NCBI RefSeq assembly: GCF_001194135.2
Contig: NC_069007.1
Coordinates: 12,300,097 to 12,335,261, forward strand
Origin: Octopus bimaculoides
Taxonomy: Eukaryota
Direction: 5' to 3'
DNA: 35,165 nucleotides
Made by a program: the position numbers and the translations under genes. This document shows, in pieces, positions 21,731 through 31,238 of the stretch (within the stretch, counting starts at the first letter, position 1; each line of letters begins with the position of its first letter). The notes beneath the pieces were generated by a model. It ran no database searches, was not told the DNA's origin, and saw only the letters and a list, made by a program, of their open reading frames with translations.

Positions 21731-22263
21731 CGTTGACTGGCACCCATGCCAACCTTCCCTCCTCGGACACTAAACTCAACTTGCGAAGACCTGTTGGGGC
21801 AAGTGAGATCGAAACTGAACCAAATTCGATGACTGGCACTGGTGCCAGTGGAGCGCTAACAGCACCATCCGAGTGGGATCACTGCCAGAGTAGCGGTCTC
21901 ACTTCCGTGCCAGTGGCACATAAAAAGCACCATTTAAGCACGATCGTTTCGAGCTTCGCCTTACTGGCACTTGTGCCGGTGACATGTGAACAAAACATTG
22001 GACTGACTCCTGTTCAGGTGGCACGTAAAAAAACACCATTTGAGCGTGGTCGTTGCCAGTACCACCAGACTGGCCCTCGTGCCGGTGGCACGTAAAAAGC
22101 ACCCACTACACTCTCGGAGTGGCTGGCGTTAGGAAGGGCATCCAGTTGTAGAAACTCTGCCAGATCAGATTGGAGTCTGGTGTAGCCGTCTGGTTCAACA
22201 GTCCCCAGTCAAATCGTCCAACCCATGCTAGCATGGAAAGCAGACGTTAAATGATGATGATGA
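21731..22263 (+). mobile_element. Family A RTE-type 3' end, long form
   Basis: Homologous in inverted orientation to 27250-27720; tail 'gacgttaaatgatgatgatga'. Confidence 0.9.
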
Positions 22264-23043
22264 AGGTTGAGAGTTAATTTGAAGTTTTAGCTTAAAACCC
22301 GAAACTTCGAAGTTACTGTTAAAAAGTTTCCTTCTAAAAATATTCAATGGTCTTCTAAAAAGTATTGAGCAGTCCTTCGATTTGATGTTTGACTGTTTTT
22401 GTATACACATTATACAATCAGAGAGAAAAACAGACATTAATGGGGGGGGGGCGAAAGGGTTAATATATACACGTGTTCATTTATTTGATTTCGAACCAGT
22501 TACGTTTATTATCTCGTTTACGCTGACTACTGATTATTTCTTTCTAATTATAGTTATTCAATAACTTGTTTATTTTTTTTCTTCAATATTTTAACTGGTT
22601 CACTCTATTGTGTCTCTAATTTAATTTACTCGTCTCTCATCCTCGTTATCTGCATTTATATTGATTTAATATCAATATTATATACCTAAGAAATATTAAC
22701 CAATACCGATACCAAAATGAGAGCCAGAATTCAGAAAGCTGCTGATCATGTTTGACGCTTTTTTAAAATTTTATTTTATCTTATTTTATCTTTTTCTTTT
22801 GGCATGATTCTTTTTGTCTATTTTTTTGCCCATTTTTACCGTTAATTATACCATGGACCCAGACTTGCATTTCTTGTAAATTAAAACATGCTGTTTGAAT
22901 TCTAAAATTCTTATTCATATCGTGGGCAAAACTACAACTCATGAGGTTTTCCAAATGGCATGCCGAATGAAAAATTACTTTAAGCATTTTTTTTTTCGTG
23001 GCCCACTTGACGATAAACCATTTCTTATGAGGCCTGTATGAAC

Positions 23044-23660
23044 CATAGCTTCACAGTTGCACTAAACCCAGCTTTTCACATACTGAGACCTCCTTCAGTA
23101 ATGACTGACCATGGGATTGCACCTAGAAAGTTACCCTCCCAGGCACAAGTCTGAGCAAGATTGTTTATGGAAGACCAGCAGTCGCCCATGCATACCAGCC
23201 TCCCCTCTCCACGCCACTGATCTCATCCGAGGGAAAGGCAGAGGGGCCGATACAGCTTGGCATCAGTGATGTTGCAACTCATTTCTACAGCTGAGTGAAC
23301 TGGAGCAATGTGAAATAAAGTGTCTTGCTCGAGAACACAACACGCAGCCCGGTCTGGGATTCGAACTAACAACCTCACGATCGTAAGCTCGACGCTCTAA
23401 CCACTGCGCCATGCGCCTTCACAGCTTTTCACATAATGGTAATATAAAAGACCATGCCAAAACTGACCTTGCCTGTGCTGGTGCCACATAAAAAGATCTC
23501 AGCCCAGTCTATGGAGTGGTTAGTGTTAGGAAGGGCATCAAGCTGTAAAAACCCTGCCAAAACAAACACAGAAGCCTGATGCTGGATCCTGCCTAGCCAG
23601 TTCCTATTGAACCATTCAACCCATGCCAGCATGGAAGGCAGATGTTAAACAACGACGATG
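23044..23660 (+). mobile_element. Family A subfamily copy interrupted by a SINE insertion
   Basis: 23044-23082 and 23422-23660 are colinear with the reverse complement of 23960-24220. Confidence 0.75.
23083..23421 (-). mobile_element. tRNA-derived CORE-like SINE (family E), full length
   Basis: Minus strand: A box TGGCGCAGTGG, B box GTTCGAATCCC, CORE-like 'gtgttctcgagcaagacacttt...ctcagctgtagaaatgag'; perfect 14-bp TSD CAGCTTTTCACATA (23069-23082, 23422-23435). Confidence 0.92.
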
Positions 23661-23734
23661 TAAGTAATTCTTCTTAATTGCCTTATATGGCCCATTTCTC
23701 GAAAGCGCTTACCCATGCCTGGTTTATAAGAAGG

Positions 23735-23950
23735 CAGTGAGCTGGTAGAGTTGTTAGAGCACCAGACAACATGTTTAGTAACAGTTCTTCCAGATTTGCA
23801 GTCAAGTTCAATTGCTGCTGCTGCCGAGGTAAACTTCTCCTTTCATCATTTCAGGGGTTTACAAAATAAATACCAGTTGCATACTGGGGTTGCTATAATC
23901 AACAGATTTCTTCCTCCTAGTGTTGCTGACCTTGTGTCAAATATTAGGAA
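23735..23950 (+). mobile_element. Family B SINE, degenerate
   Basis: 'aaggcagtgagctggtagag...gccgaggtaaacttctcctttcatcatttcagggg...aaataccagttgcatactgggg'. Confidence 0.8.
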
Positions 23951-23959
23951 TTACCTTTG

Positions 23960-24220
23960 TTATATCATCATCATCATCAGTGTCCCACCCATGCTGGCAT
24001 GGGGTGGGACGGTTTGACAGGAATTGGCCAGGCAGAAGCCTGCACCAGATTTCTGCGTCTGTTTTGGCATGGCTTTTACAGCTGGATTCCCTTCCTGGTG
24101 CAAAACACCCAGCAGGGTGACCAGAGAGCTTTTTACGATGCACAAGCACTGACCAGGTCAGTTTTGACATGGTCTTTAATATTACCATGATGTGAAAAGC
24201 TGGGTTTGGTGCATCTGTGA
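23960..24220 (-). mobile_element. Family A subfamily copy, inverted partner of 23044-23660
   Basis: (CAT)n-'gtgtcccacccatgctggcatgggg...ggtcagttttgacatggtctttaatattaccatgatgtgaaaagctggg'. Confidence 0.8.
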
Positions 24221-24339
24221 AGCTGCAGTTTTTTCTGCCAATCATATAAGGGAAGCCTTTACTTCCAGTTTTCACTCAATACTTCCTGTTACTGTTTCTC
24301 TTTTTTTAATTGTTTCTCGTTAAAAGCACATTATTTTCT

Positions 24340-24865
24340 ATCTATTCCTTGTTTCAGTCATTAGACTACAACCATGGTGGAGCACTGCTTTGAAGGGTTT
24401 TGTCAAACAAATCAACTCCAGTATTTATTGTCTAAGTCTGGTATTCTGTTGATTTCATTGCTGAACTGCTAGGTTACAGGGATACAAACAAACCAAAGCA
24501 GGTTGTCAAACGAAAAAACACATACATACACACATATATATATATTCAAGGTTCTGATGAAGCTATAAGGTATTATTCAGACACCCGACTATGAGTCCAC
24601 TGCATCTTATAGCAGAAACAGCTGTAAGCTAATGAACTTCATAAGATAATCGTTTATTACTTTATCTTCTTATTTTCTTTTACATGTGTGTATGTGTGTG
24701 TGTGTGTATAACAGGCTTCCACACAGTCTCAGTCTACCAAATTCAGTTACAAGGCATTGGTCACCACAAGGCTGAACTTGCCCAAGGTGGTGTGCTGTGA
24801 GATTGAACCCAAAGCCATGTGATTGCTAAGTGAGCTTCTTAACCACGTAACCATGCCTACACCGA
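24340..24865 (-). mobile_element. Family C SINE split in its central microsatellite by a ~140-bp insert (about 24545-24685)
   Basis: 3' half at 24340-24540 and 5' half at 24690-24865 are colinear with 9629-10076. Confidence 0.75.
24550..24630 (+). ncRNA. Type-I hammerhead ribozyme motif with intact canonical core
   Basis: ggtt-CTGATGA-a-gctataaggt...atcttatagc-a-GAAA-CAGCTG-T-A-agct: helix II 10 bp, palindromic stem III ACAGCTGT, GUA triplet. Confidence 0.7.
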
Positions 24866-25077
24866 GTTGACATTTAGTGAAAATCTCTTATTATGATCAT
24901 CTGGGGATACAGCTATTTTTACTGGCTATATTTGGCTGATAACATTAAGCAAATGAAGATTTTAGGAGCCTCTAGAGTTTCATAACAGTAAATAGTTGAT
25001 AACATTATCTATGATTAAAAGTGGTCTCCACTGTGTGTGTAGGTGTGTGTGTTTGTGTGTAATTAATACATTGGAAT

Positions 25078-25460
25078 GTGGAGGCGCAATGGCCCAGTGG
25101 TTAGGGCAGCGGACTCGCAGTTTCGATTCCCAGACTGGGCGTTGTGAGTGTTTATTGAGCGAAAACACCTAAAGCTCCACGAGGCTCCGGCAGGGGATGG
25201 TGGCAAACCCTGCTGTACTCTTTCACCACAACTTTCTCTCACTCTTACTTCCTGTTTCTGTTGTGCCTGTATTTCAAAGGGTCAGCCTTGTCACACTGTG
25301 TCACGCTGAATATCCCCGAGAACTACGTTAAGGGTACACGTGTCTGTGGAGTGCTCAGCCACTTGCACGTTAATTTCACGAGCAGGCTGTTCCGTTGATC
25401 AGATCAACTGGGACCCTCGACGTCATAAGCGACGAAGTGCCAACACACACATACACACAC
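25078..25460 (+). mobile_element. tRNA-derived SINE (family F), (CA)n tail
   Basis: A box TGGCCCAGTGG (25090-25100), B box GTTTCGATTCC (25120-25130); perfect 13-bp TSD AATACATTGGAAT (25065-25077, 25461-25473). Confidence 0.92.
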
Positions 25461-25476
25461 AATACATTGGAATAAG

Positions 25477-25695
25477 TAAGGTGGTGAACTGACAGGATCA
25501 TTAGAACGCTGTGCAAAATGCTTAGCAGTTTTTCATGTCTTCACATTTTGAGATCAAATCCAGCCAAGGCTGACTTTGCCTTCTATCCTTTCAGGGTCAA
25601 TAAAATGAGTACCAGTAAGACACTGGTGTTAATGTAATCGACTTAGCCAGCCCTTCTCTGAAAATTGCTGGCTTTGTGCCAAAATTTAAAACCAG
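25477..25695 (+). mobile_element. Family B SINE
   Basis: 'aaggtggtgaactgacagga...gactttgccttctatcctttcagggtcaataaaatgagtaccag'. Confidence 0.85.
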
Positions 25696-25854
25696 TGTTT
25701 TGAAATAAGTGTTTATTTGCTGTAGAATATATACTCTGAATTTAAGAGTTAAATTCCAATAATTATGTATTTTTATTAATTAATTAATTAATCAATTAAT
25801 TAAATAGATAACAATGTTTGCATTTCAACCATGGTAACAGTTATAGAGCTTCTA

Positions 25855-26053
25855 TTATTCTTCTATTTGTTTCAGTCATTTACCTGTGGCCATGCTGGAT
25901 CAGCGCCTTTAGTTGAGCAAATCAACCCCAGAGCTTATTCTTTGTAAGCCTAGTACTTATTCTATCGGTCTCTTTTGCCGAGCCACTAAATTACAGGGAC
26001 ACACCAGCATCGGTTGTCAAGCAATGTTGGGGGGACAAGCCGANNNNNNNNNN

Positions 26054-26095
<42 letters not shown>

Positions 26096-26250
26096 CAACG
26101 GGCTTCTTCCAGTTTCTGTTGACCAAATCCACTCACAAGACTTTGGTCAGCCTGAGGCTATAGTAGAAGACACTTGCCCAAGGTGCCATGAGGTGGGACT
26201 GAACCCAGGACCATGTGATTGGTGAACAAGTTACTTACCACACAGCCACT
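25855..26250 (-). mobile_element. Family C SINE
   Basis: Homologous to 9629-10076. Confidence 0.9.
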
Positions 26251-26407
26251 TATGAAACAACTGTTAAAATCTTGCTCATTTTTTTTTTATTATTCAGTAC
26301 ATATATATATAATTCTTTCTACTATCAGATTACATTACCTTGTTCATTCGGAATGCGCCATTTCTGCATCTTGATTGTGAATCATTATATATATATGTAT
26401 TTATATA

Positions 26408-26613
26408 CAGTAATCCCTTAACTATCCCAGGTGTTATGTTCCAAAACCTCCCACAGAAAAAAATTAAACTCTGAGAAAATATAAACACCTATCAGCTGCA
26501 GAAACTCGGATATACTGAGGAGTCCGTGGTATGAATTTATATATATTAGCCAGAAAAATCCATTATATACTGAGTCTGTGACAGGTGAGCCACAATATGG
26601 TGAGAGATTACTG
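26408..26613. mobile_element. Tc1/mariner-pogo-type MITE, 206 bp
   Basis: TA-flanked imperfect TIRs: TA|CAGTAATCCCT...AGAGATTACTG|TA. Confidence 0.7.
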
Positions 26614-26804
26614 TATATATATATGTATATATATATATAAAAACAAATAGTAAATGAGTATATGCATATATACGTACAGGTATGTGCATACCGACATCCA
26701 CCTGTATGTATAGGTGCATATCTGGGTACAGGACATTGCAAACAAAACGTAGATGAGAAAACACACAAGCCACATAGAGAACATTCTACTTCATCAGCTA
26801 CCCA

Positions 26805-26856
26805 CGTTTTAACACCGGTGTTTCGAAGAGCTTGGGCAGGACGCATCGATAAAACG
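26805..26856 (-). ncRNA. Degenerate hammerhead-like relic
   Basis: Helix I cgtttt/aaaacg, GAAA-CACCGGTG-T-T palindromic stem III; CUGANGA box and helix II not recognisable. Confidence 0.3.
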
Positions 26857-27010
26857 GCTCGTCCCATGGACCGCAAATTAAATTTGTATACGCAAATTAA
26901 ATCTTGCCATGGAGGAATGTAGTGGTGGACAAAAAACAAGACAGGAAAACAAACAGAAGCTATACGGCCAGACGAGAAAAATTATATATATATATATATA
27001 TATATACACT

Positions 27011-27160
27011 TTATGAATAAAGCTGCAAAGACATCACAAAAGCTATTACTCAGAGTTTCATGTCCTCATTCATCAGAGTTTCTAAACCAAAACTGTCCTA
27101 CAAATGGGAACATGAAACTGTGTAACAATTTTTGTGATGTCTTTCCCGCTTTATTAATAA
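27011..27160. mobile_element. Fold-back element with ~58-bp arms; the left arm carries a hammerhead core on the minus strand
   Basis: Arms 27011-27070 / 27103-27160; minus strand CTGATGA-atg-agga-cat-GAAA-CTCTGAG-T-A. Confidence 0.6.
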
Positions 27161-27249
27161 AGCATATTACACTACCTCCGGTATTTAAGTACTATTTTTT
27201 CCACCGTGTTTCGCATGTATATATATATGTATATATATATATATATATA

Positions 27250-27790
27250 TCATCATCATCATCATCATCATCATCGTTTAACGTCCACTTTCCATGCTAG
27301 CATGGGTTGGACGATTTGACTGAGGACTGGTAAACCAGATGGCTACACCAGGCTCCAATCTGTTTCTACAGCTGGATGCCCTTCCTAACGCCAACCACTC
27401 CGAGAGTTTAGTGGGTGCTTTTATGTGCCACCGGCACGAAGGCCAGTCCAGCGGTACTGGCAATGGCCATGCTCAAAAGGGTGTATTTTACGTGCCACCT
27501 GCACAGGAGCCAGTCCACTGGCACTGGCAACGATCTCGCTCAAATGTTTTTTCACGTGTTACCGGCACAAGTGCCATGAAGGTCTTTGCAAGCCGAGTTT
27601 TGTGTCCAATGAAGGAGACGACGTTGGCATGGGTGCCAGTCATCGAATTTAGATCAATTTCGATTTCACTTGCCTCAACAGGTCTTCGCAAGCGGAGTTT
27701 AGTGTCCAATGAAGGAAAGGTACGCATAAGTGGGCTGGCTACACCCCTGGCAGAGGCCTTGGATTTAGGTCTCACTTGGCTTGCCGGATC
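27250..27790 (-). mobile_element. Family A RTE-type 3' end, long form, with an internal 100-bp-period duplication
   Basis: (CAT)n tail at left; 27581-27617 repeated at 27681-27717. Confidence 0.9.
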
Positions 27791-27823
27791 TTATCAAAAA
27801 AATACGTACTTCATCTTGTGAGA

Positions 27824-28147
27824 GATAAATATACTTTTTAATAGACACAATACATGTTTTATGTGCTACTAAAAGTTTCTTGTGTTGAGAATATGCCAAA
27901 TAATGAATTATAACATGTGTAACATCTCTGCACAGTCATCAGGCACAATATACGCTTCCTTCTTGACTTTTCATGTTTCTTCTTTCATTCAATTTTTAGC
28001 TCGTTATGCTTTGTGGTTTGTGCATGATGACTGTGCAGAGATGTTACGCATGTTATAATTCATTATTTGACATGTTCTCAGCACAAGAAACTATAAGTAG
28101 CACATAAATCATGTATTGCATCTATTAAAAATATATATATATTTATC
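27824..28147. mobile_element. Fold-back element with ~125-bp arms; each arm is a hammerhead-like motif
   Basis: Arms 27824-27948 / 28018-28147; motifs at 27862-27947 (-) and 28019-28104 (+). Confidence 0.7.
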
Positions 28148-28474
28148 GATTTTGTATTCAGTTGTCAAGATTCTTCGTGTGAACTCACTCACTTGTCAAT
28201 ACATAGTTTTGGACAAACAGACCTGAAGCAGATCTGGAGTAGAGTGGGCACATCATTGGTGAGGTCATGGATGATGATAAAAGAACTTTGATAAACTTTG
28301 AAGATTGATTGAATGACTCAATCGTTAATGAAACACTTGATTAGTTTATTGGTTAACCTTTCTGTTACCACAGTTCTGTCAACATCTGCTGCCTTTACTT
28401 CAATTAATTTTTAAAAGAAAGAAGAAATTAATAAAATAACATACTCATTATTAAGCTGGAGTCTGGAACAAATT

Positions 28475-28731
28475 ACATTGTTTACATTTGACGGATATTT
28501 GTCCTCATCTTCTTTGTTGCTAACACGCTTCAGCTGATATACCCTCCAGCCTTCATCAGGTGACTTGGGGAAATTTCGTACCTGGGTTCTTATTCCTAAG
28601 GTATTTTTTGACATTATTAACATCGAAAAATACCTTAGGAATGAGAACCCAGATTCGAAATTTCCCCAAGACACCAGATGAAGGCTGGAGAGTATATCAG
28701 CTGAAACGTTGTGTTAACAACAAAAAAGATG
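28475..28731. mobile_element. Fold-back element with ~107-bp arms and an 11-nt spacer; minimal hammerhead in each arm
   Basis: Arms 28506-28611 / 28623-28731; 'acac-CAGATGA-a-ggctg...cagct-GAAA-CG-T-T-gtgt' (+) and 'CTGATGA-a-ggctg...cagct-GAAG-cg' (-). Confidence 0.75.
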
Positions 28732-28822
28732 GCACAGTAGGCTGGTGTAGTCTTCTGCTTGGCTGGCTCCTGCCAAACCATCCAACCCATGCTAGTATGG
28801 AAGACGGATGTTAAATGATGAT
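28732..28822 (+). mobile_element. Family A tail fragment
   Basis: 'ccatccaacccatgctagtatggaagacggatgttaaatgatgat'. Confidence 0.75.
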
Positions 28823-29466
28823 ATATATATGTATATAAAAGATCGAGGTGGAAATAGCACAGAAGTATGTCTAAGACATTTCAATTTAAGAGGGAATTTA
28901 GTAAGAAATTATATAATAATATATATATAATTTTTTATGTAATTTTTTATATAATTTTTTTAATATTTTTTNNNNNNNNNNNNNNNNNNNNNNNNNNNNN
29001 NNNNNNNNNNNNNNNNNNNNNNNNNNNNNNNNNNNNNNNNNNNNNNNNNNNNNNNNNNNNNNNNNNNNNNNNNNNNNNNNNNNNNNNNNNNNNNNNNNNN
29101 NNNNNNNNNNNNNNNNNNNNNNNNNNNNNNNNNNNNNNNNNNNNNNNNNNNNNNNNNNNNNNNNNNNNNNNNNNNNNNNNNNNNNNNNNNNNNNNNNNNN
29201 NNNNNNNNNNNNNNNNNNNNNNNNNNNNNNNNNNNNNNNNNNNNNNNNNNNNNNNNNNNNNNNNNNNNNNNNNNNNNNNNNNNNNNNNNNNNNNNNNNNN
29301 NNNNNNNNNNNNNNNNNNNNNNNNNNNNNNNNNNNNNNNNNNNNNNNNNNNNNNNNNNNNNNNNNNNNNNNNNNNNNNNNNNNNNNNNNNNNNNNNNNNN
29401 NNNNNNNNNNNNNNNNNNNNNNNNNNNNNNNNNNNNNNNNNACTGAATATATTCTGGTTATATATT

Positions 29467-29564
29467 TAATTAATTCAATAATAGGATAAAGTCTTTTATA
29501 AGAATTTACACTAGCTACTTGATAAATTCTTATAAAAGACTTTATCCTATTATTGAATTAATTA
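29467..29564. repeat. Perfect 42-bp inverted repeat with a 14-nt loop
   Basis: 29467-29508 is the exact reverse complement of 29523-29564. Confidence 0.95.
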
Positions 29565-29581
29565 TATATATATATATATAC

Positions 29582-29780
29582 ATTCGCCATGATAGATCGC
29601 TAACCACTACACATACTTTATTTTCTCTCCTTGTTTCTTTCTGTGTTCCTTTCTGTGGAAGAGCATAGGCTTGAAACGTTAAAGACTTTTTCACTTCCCG
29701 AGCATTATACTAATACATCTGTTTGTTGTCTACACCACCTGTCTTCGTCTTTTGTTTTTTTTTTTGTTATTCTCTCTCTC
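29582..29780 (+). mobile_element. Penelope-like end with a minimal hammerhead variant (29649-29684)
   Basis: cttt-CTGTGGA-a-gagc-atag-gctt-GAAA-CG-T-T-aaag. Confidence 0.5.
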
Positions 29781-30469
29781 TCTATATATATATATACATA
29801 TATATTTATGATGGGCTTCTTTCAGATAGATCTACCAAATCCACTCACAAGGCTTTGGTGGCAAGCTTCTTACCACACAGCCACACTTACACCTACTTTA
29901 AATCTAATCTTTTTTATTATTAATGATTTTTCATATTTGCTTAATACTTGTTTACATTTACTTTGAAGCAATAGCATTCCCAAATTCATTCCCCATTTAA
30001 TGTTTCAAAGCCATTTCTGCTAGTCTCATCATCAGAATGAAATGATGATTTTATTGACATGTTACTTGAAACACTTTGCAGTGGACCACAAAGGCTCATA
30101 GGAATATTACTATGACTGATAAGATCAACAATGGCACTTATGTGTGTATTTATGATTGTGTATGGATTGTGTAATCTTGCTAAAACTACATCCGACAGTC
30201 TATTCATAGCCAGTGATAGTCTATTTCATTTGCTTTCAATAGATATAAATTTCTGCTCCTATTCCAAGATATATGTTTCAAGGACATTCTGATGTCCTTC
30301 CTTCTCTGTTGTCGTCAACTCGTATAATTAGCAGGTTTGGATAAACAAACAACACTCCAACTTGTCTATCTAATTTATTTATTCACTTGTTATTCTTTCA
30401 CCTCTGACACCCAAAAATCAATTGCACAAAGAGAACCGCACGTGCAGTAGCAGATCGATGGAATTATGG

Positions 30470-30612
30470 ATAAAGATGGATGGATGGATAAAGATGGATG
30501 GATGGATAAAGATGGATGGATGGATGGATGGGTGGGTGGAAGAACAATTGGGGTCGGGCGGACAAATGATGAATGGATGGATGGGTGGATGGGTGGGTGG
30601 AAGAACAATTGG
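30470..30612. repeat. (GGAT)n field: 14-bp unit x3 plus duplicated GGGTGGGTGGAAGAACAATTGG
   Basis: Visible. Confidence 0.9.
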
Positions 30613-30879
30613 AGAGATTGTGTGTATGTGTGAGAAAGAGAAAGAGAGAGAGAGAGAAAGGAAAATGACAAGGGTCGAAACTTATGGTTAATAAGCCATG
30701 GAAAGAGAACAGACACGACCAGGGGCCAAAGTTGGTTGGAAACAAAAACTGGGTCTCTCAGCAAGTTTATTAACCTTTCGGGTATTTCACTGTCTCTCAA
30801 ACAGCACATCTTTCTCTCCCTATTTTCCCCTCTCTCTCCGTCTCTCTCTCTCTCATATACATTTTTCTTTTACCCCTTT

Positions 30880-30995
30880 TTTAATAGTTTCAGTCATTTG
30901 ACTGCAGTGGCCATGCTGGGGCACCACTTGAAGGTATTTAGTTGAATGAATTGACTCCACTACTTATTCTATCAGTCTCTTTTGCTGAACCTCTA
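30880..30995 (-). mobile_element. Family C SINE 3' fragment (further fragments at 29800-29895 and 31280-31335)
   Basis: 'gtttcagtcatttgactgcagtggccatgctggggcaccac'. Confidence 0.75.
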
Positions 30996-31194
30996 GATAT
31001 ATATACGTACATATATATATGTGTGTGTGTGCAGGTATTTTAGTTTGACACTTGGGAAGAAAGGAAAAGTCTTTGACATTTCGAGCCCATGCTCTTTCAC
31101 ACAAAGGGATGAGAGGGAAAAAAATGGAGTGAAAAAGAAAAAGGATGGAGAGAGAAAAAAATGTGTTAGGATTAACAGTTTAACATAATATATA

Positions 31195-31238
<44 letters not shown>

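Noticed and set aside
23340-23421. tRNA gene (also 25078-25140)
   Set aside because: A and B boxes are present, but there is no intact cloverleaf, and each continues into a SINE body with an exact TSD.
26418-26939. 173-aa minus-strand ORF
   Set aside because: It crosses a MITE, (TA)n microsatellite and a Penelope-like relic; composition is not coherent.
27339-27821. ORFs of 90-160 aa in family A copies (also 21622-22095 and 11921-12415)
   Set aside because: They are incidental open frames in a GC-richer LINE 3' UTR and are not kept in the same frame between copies.
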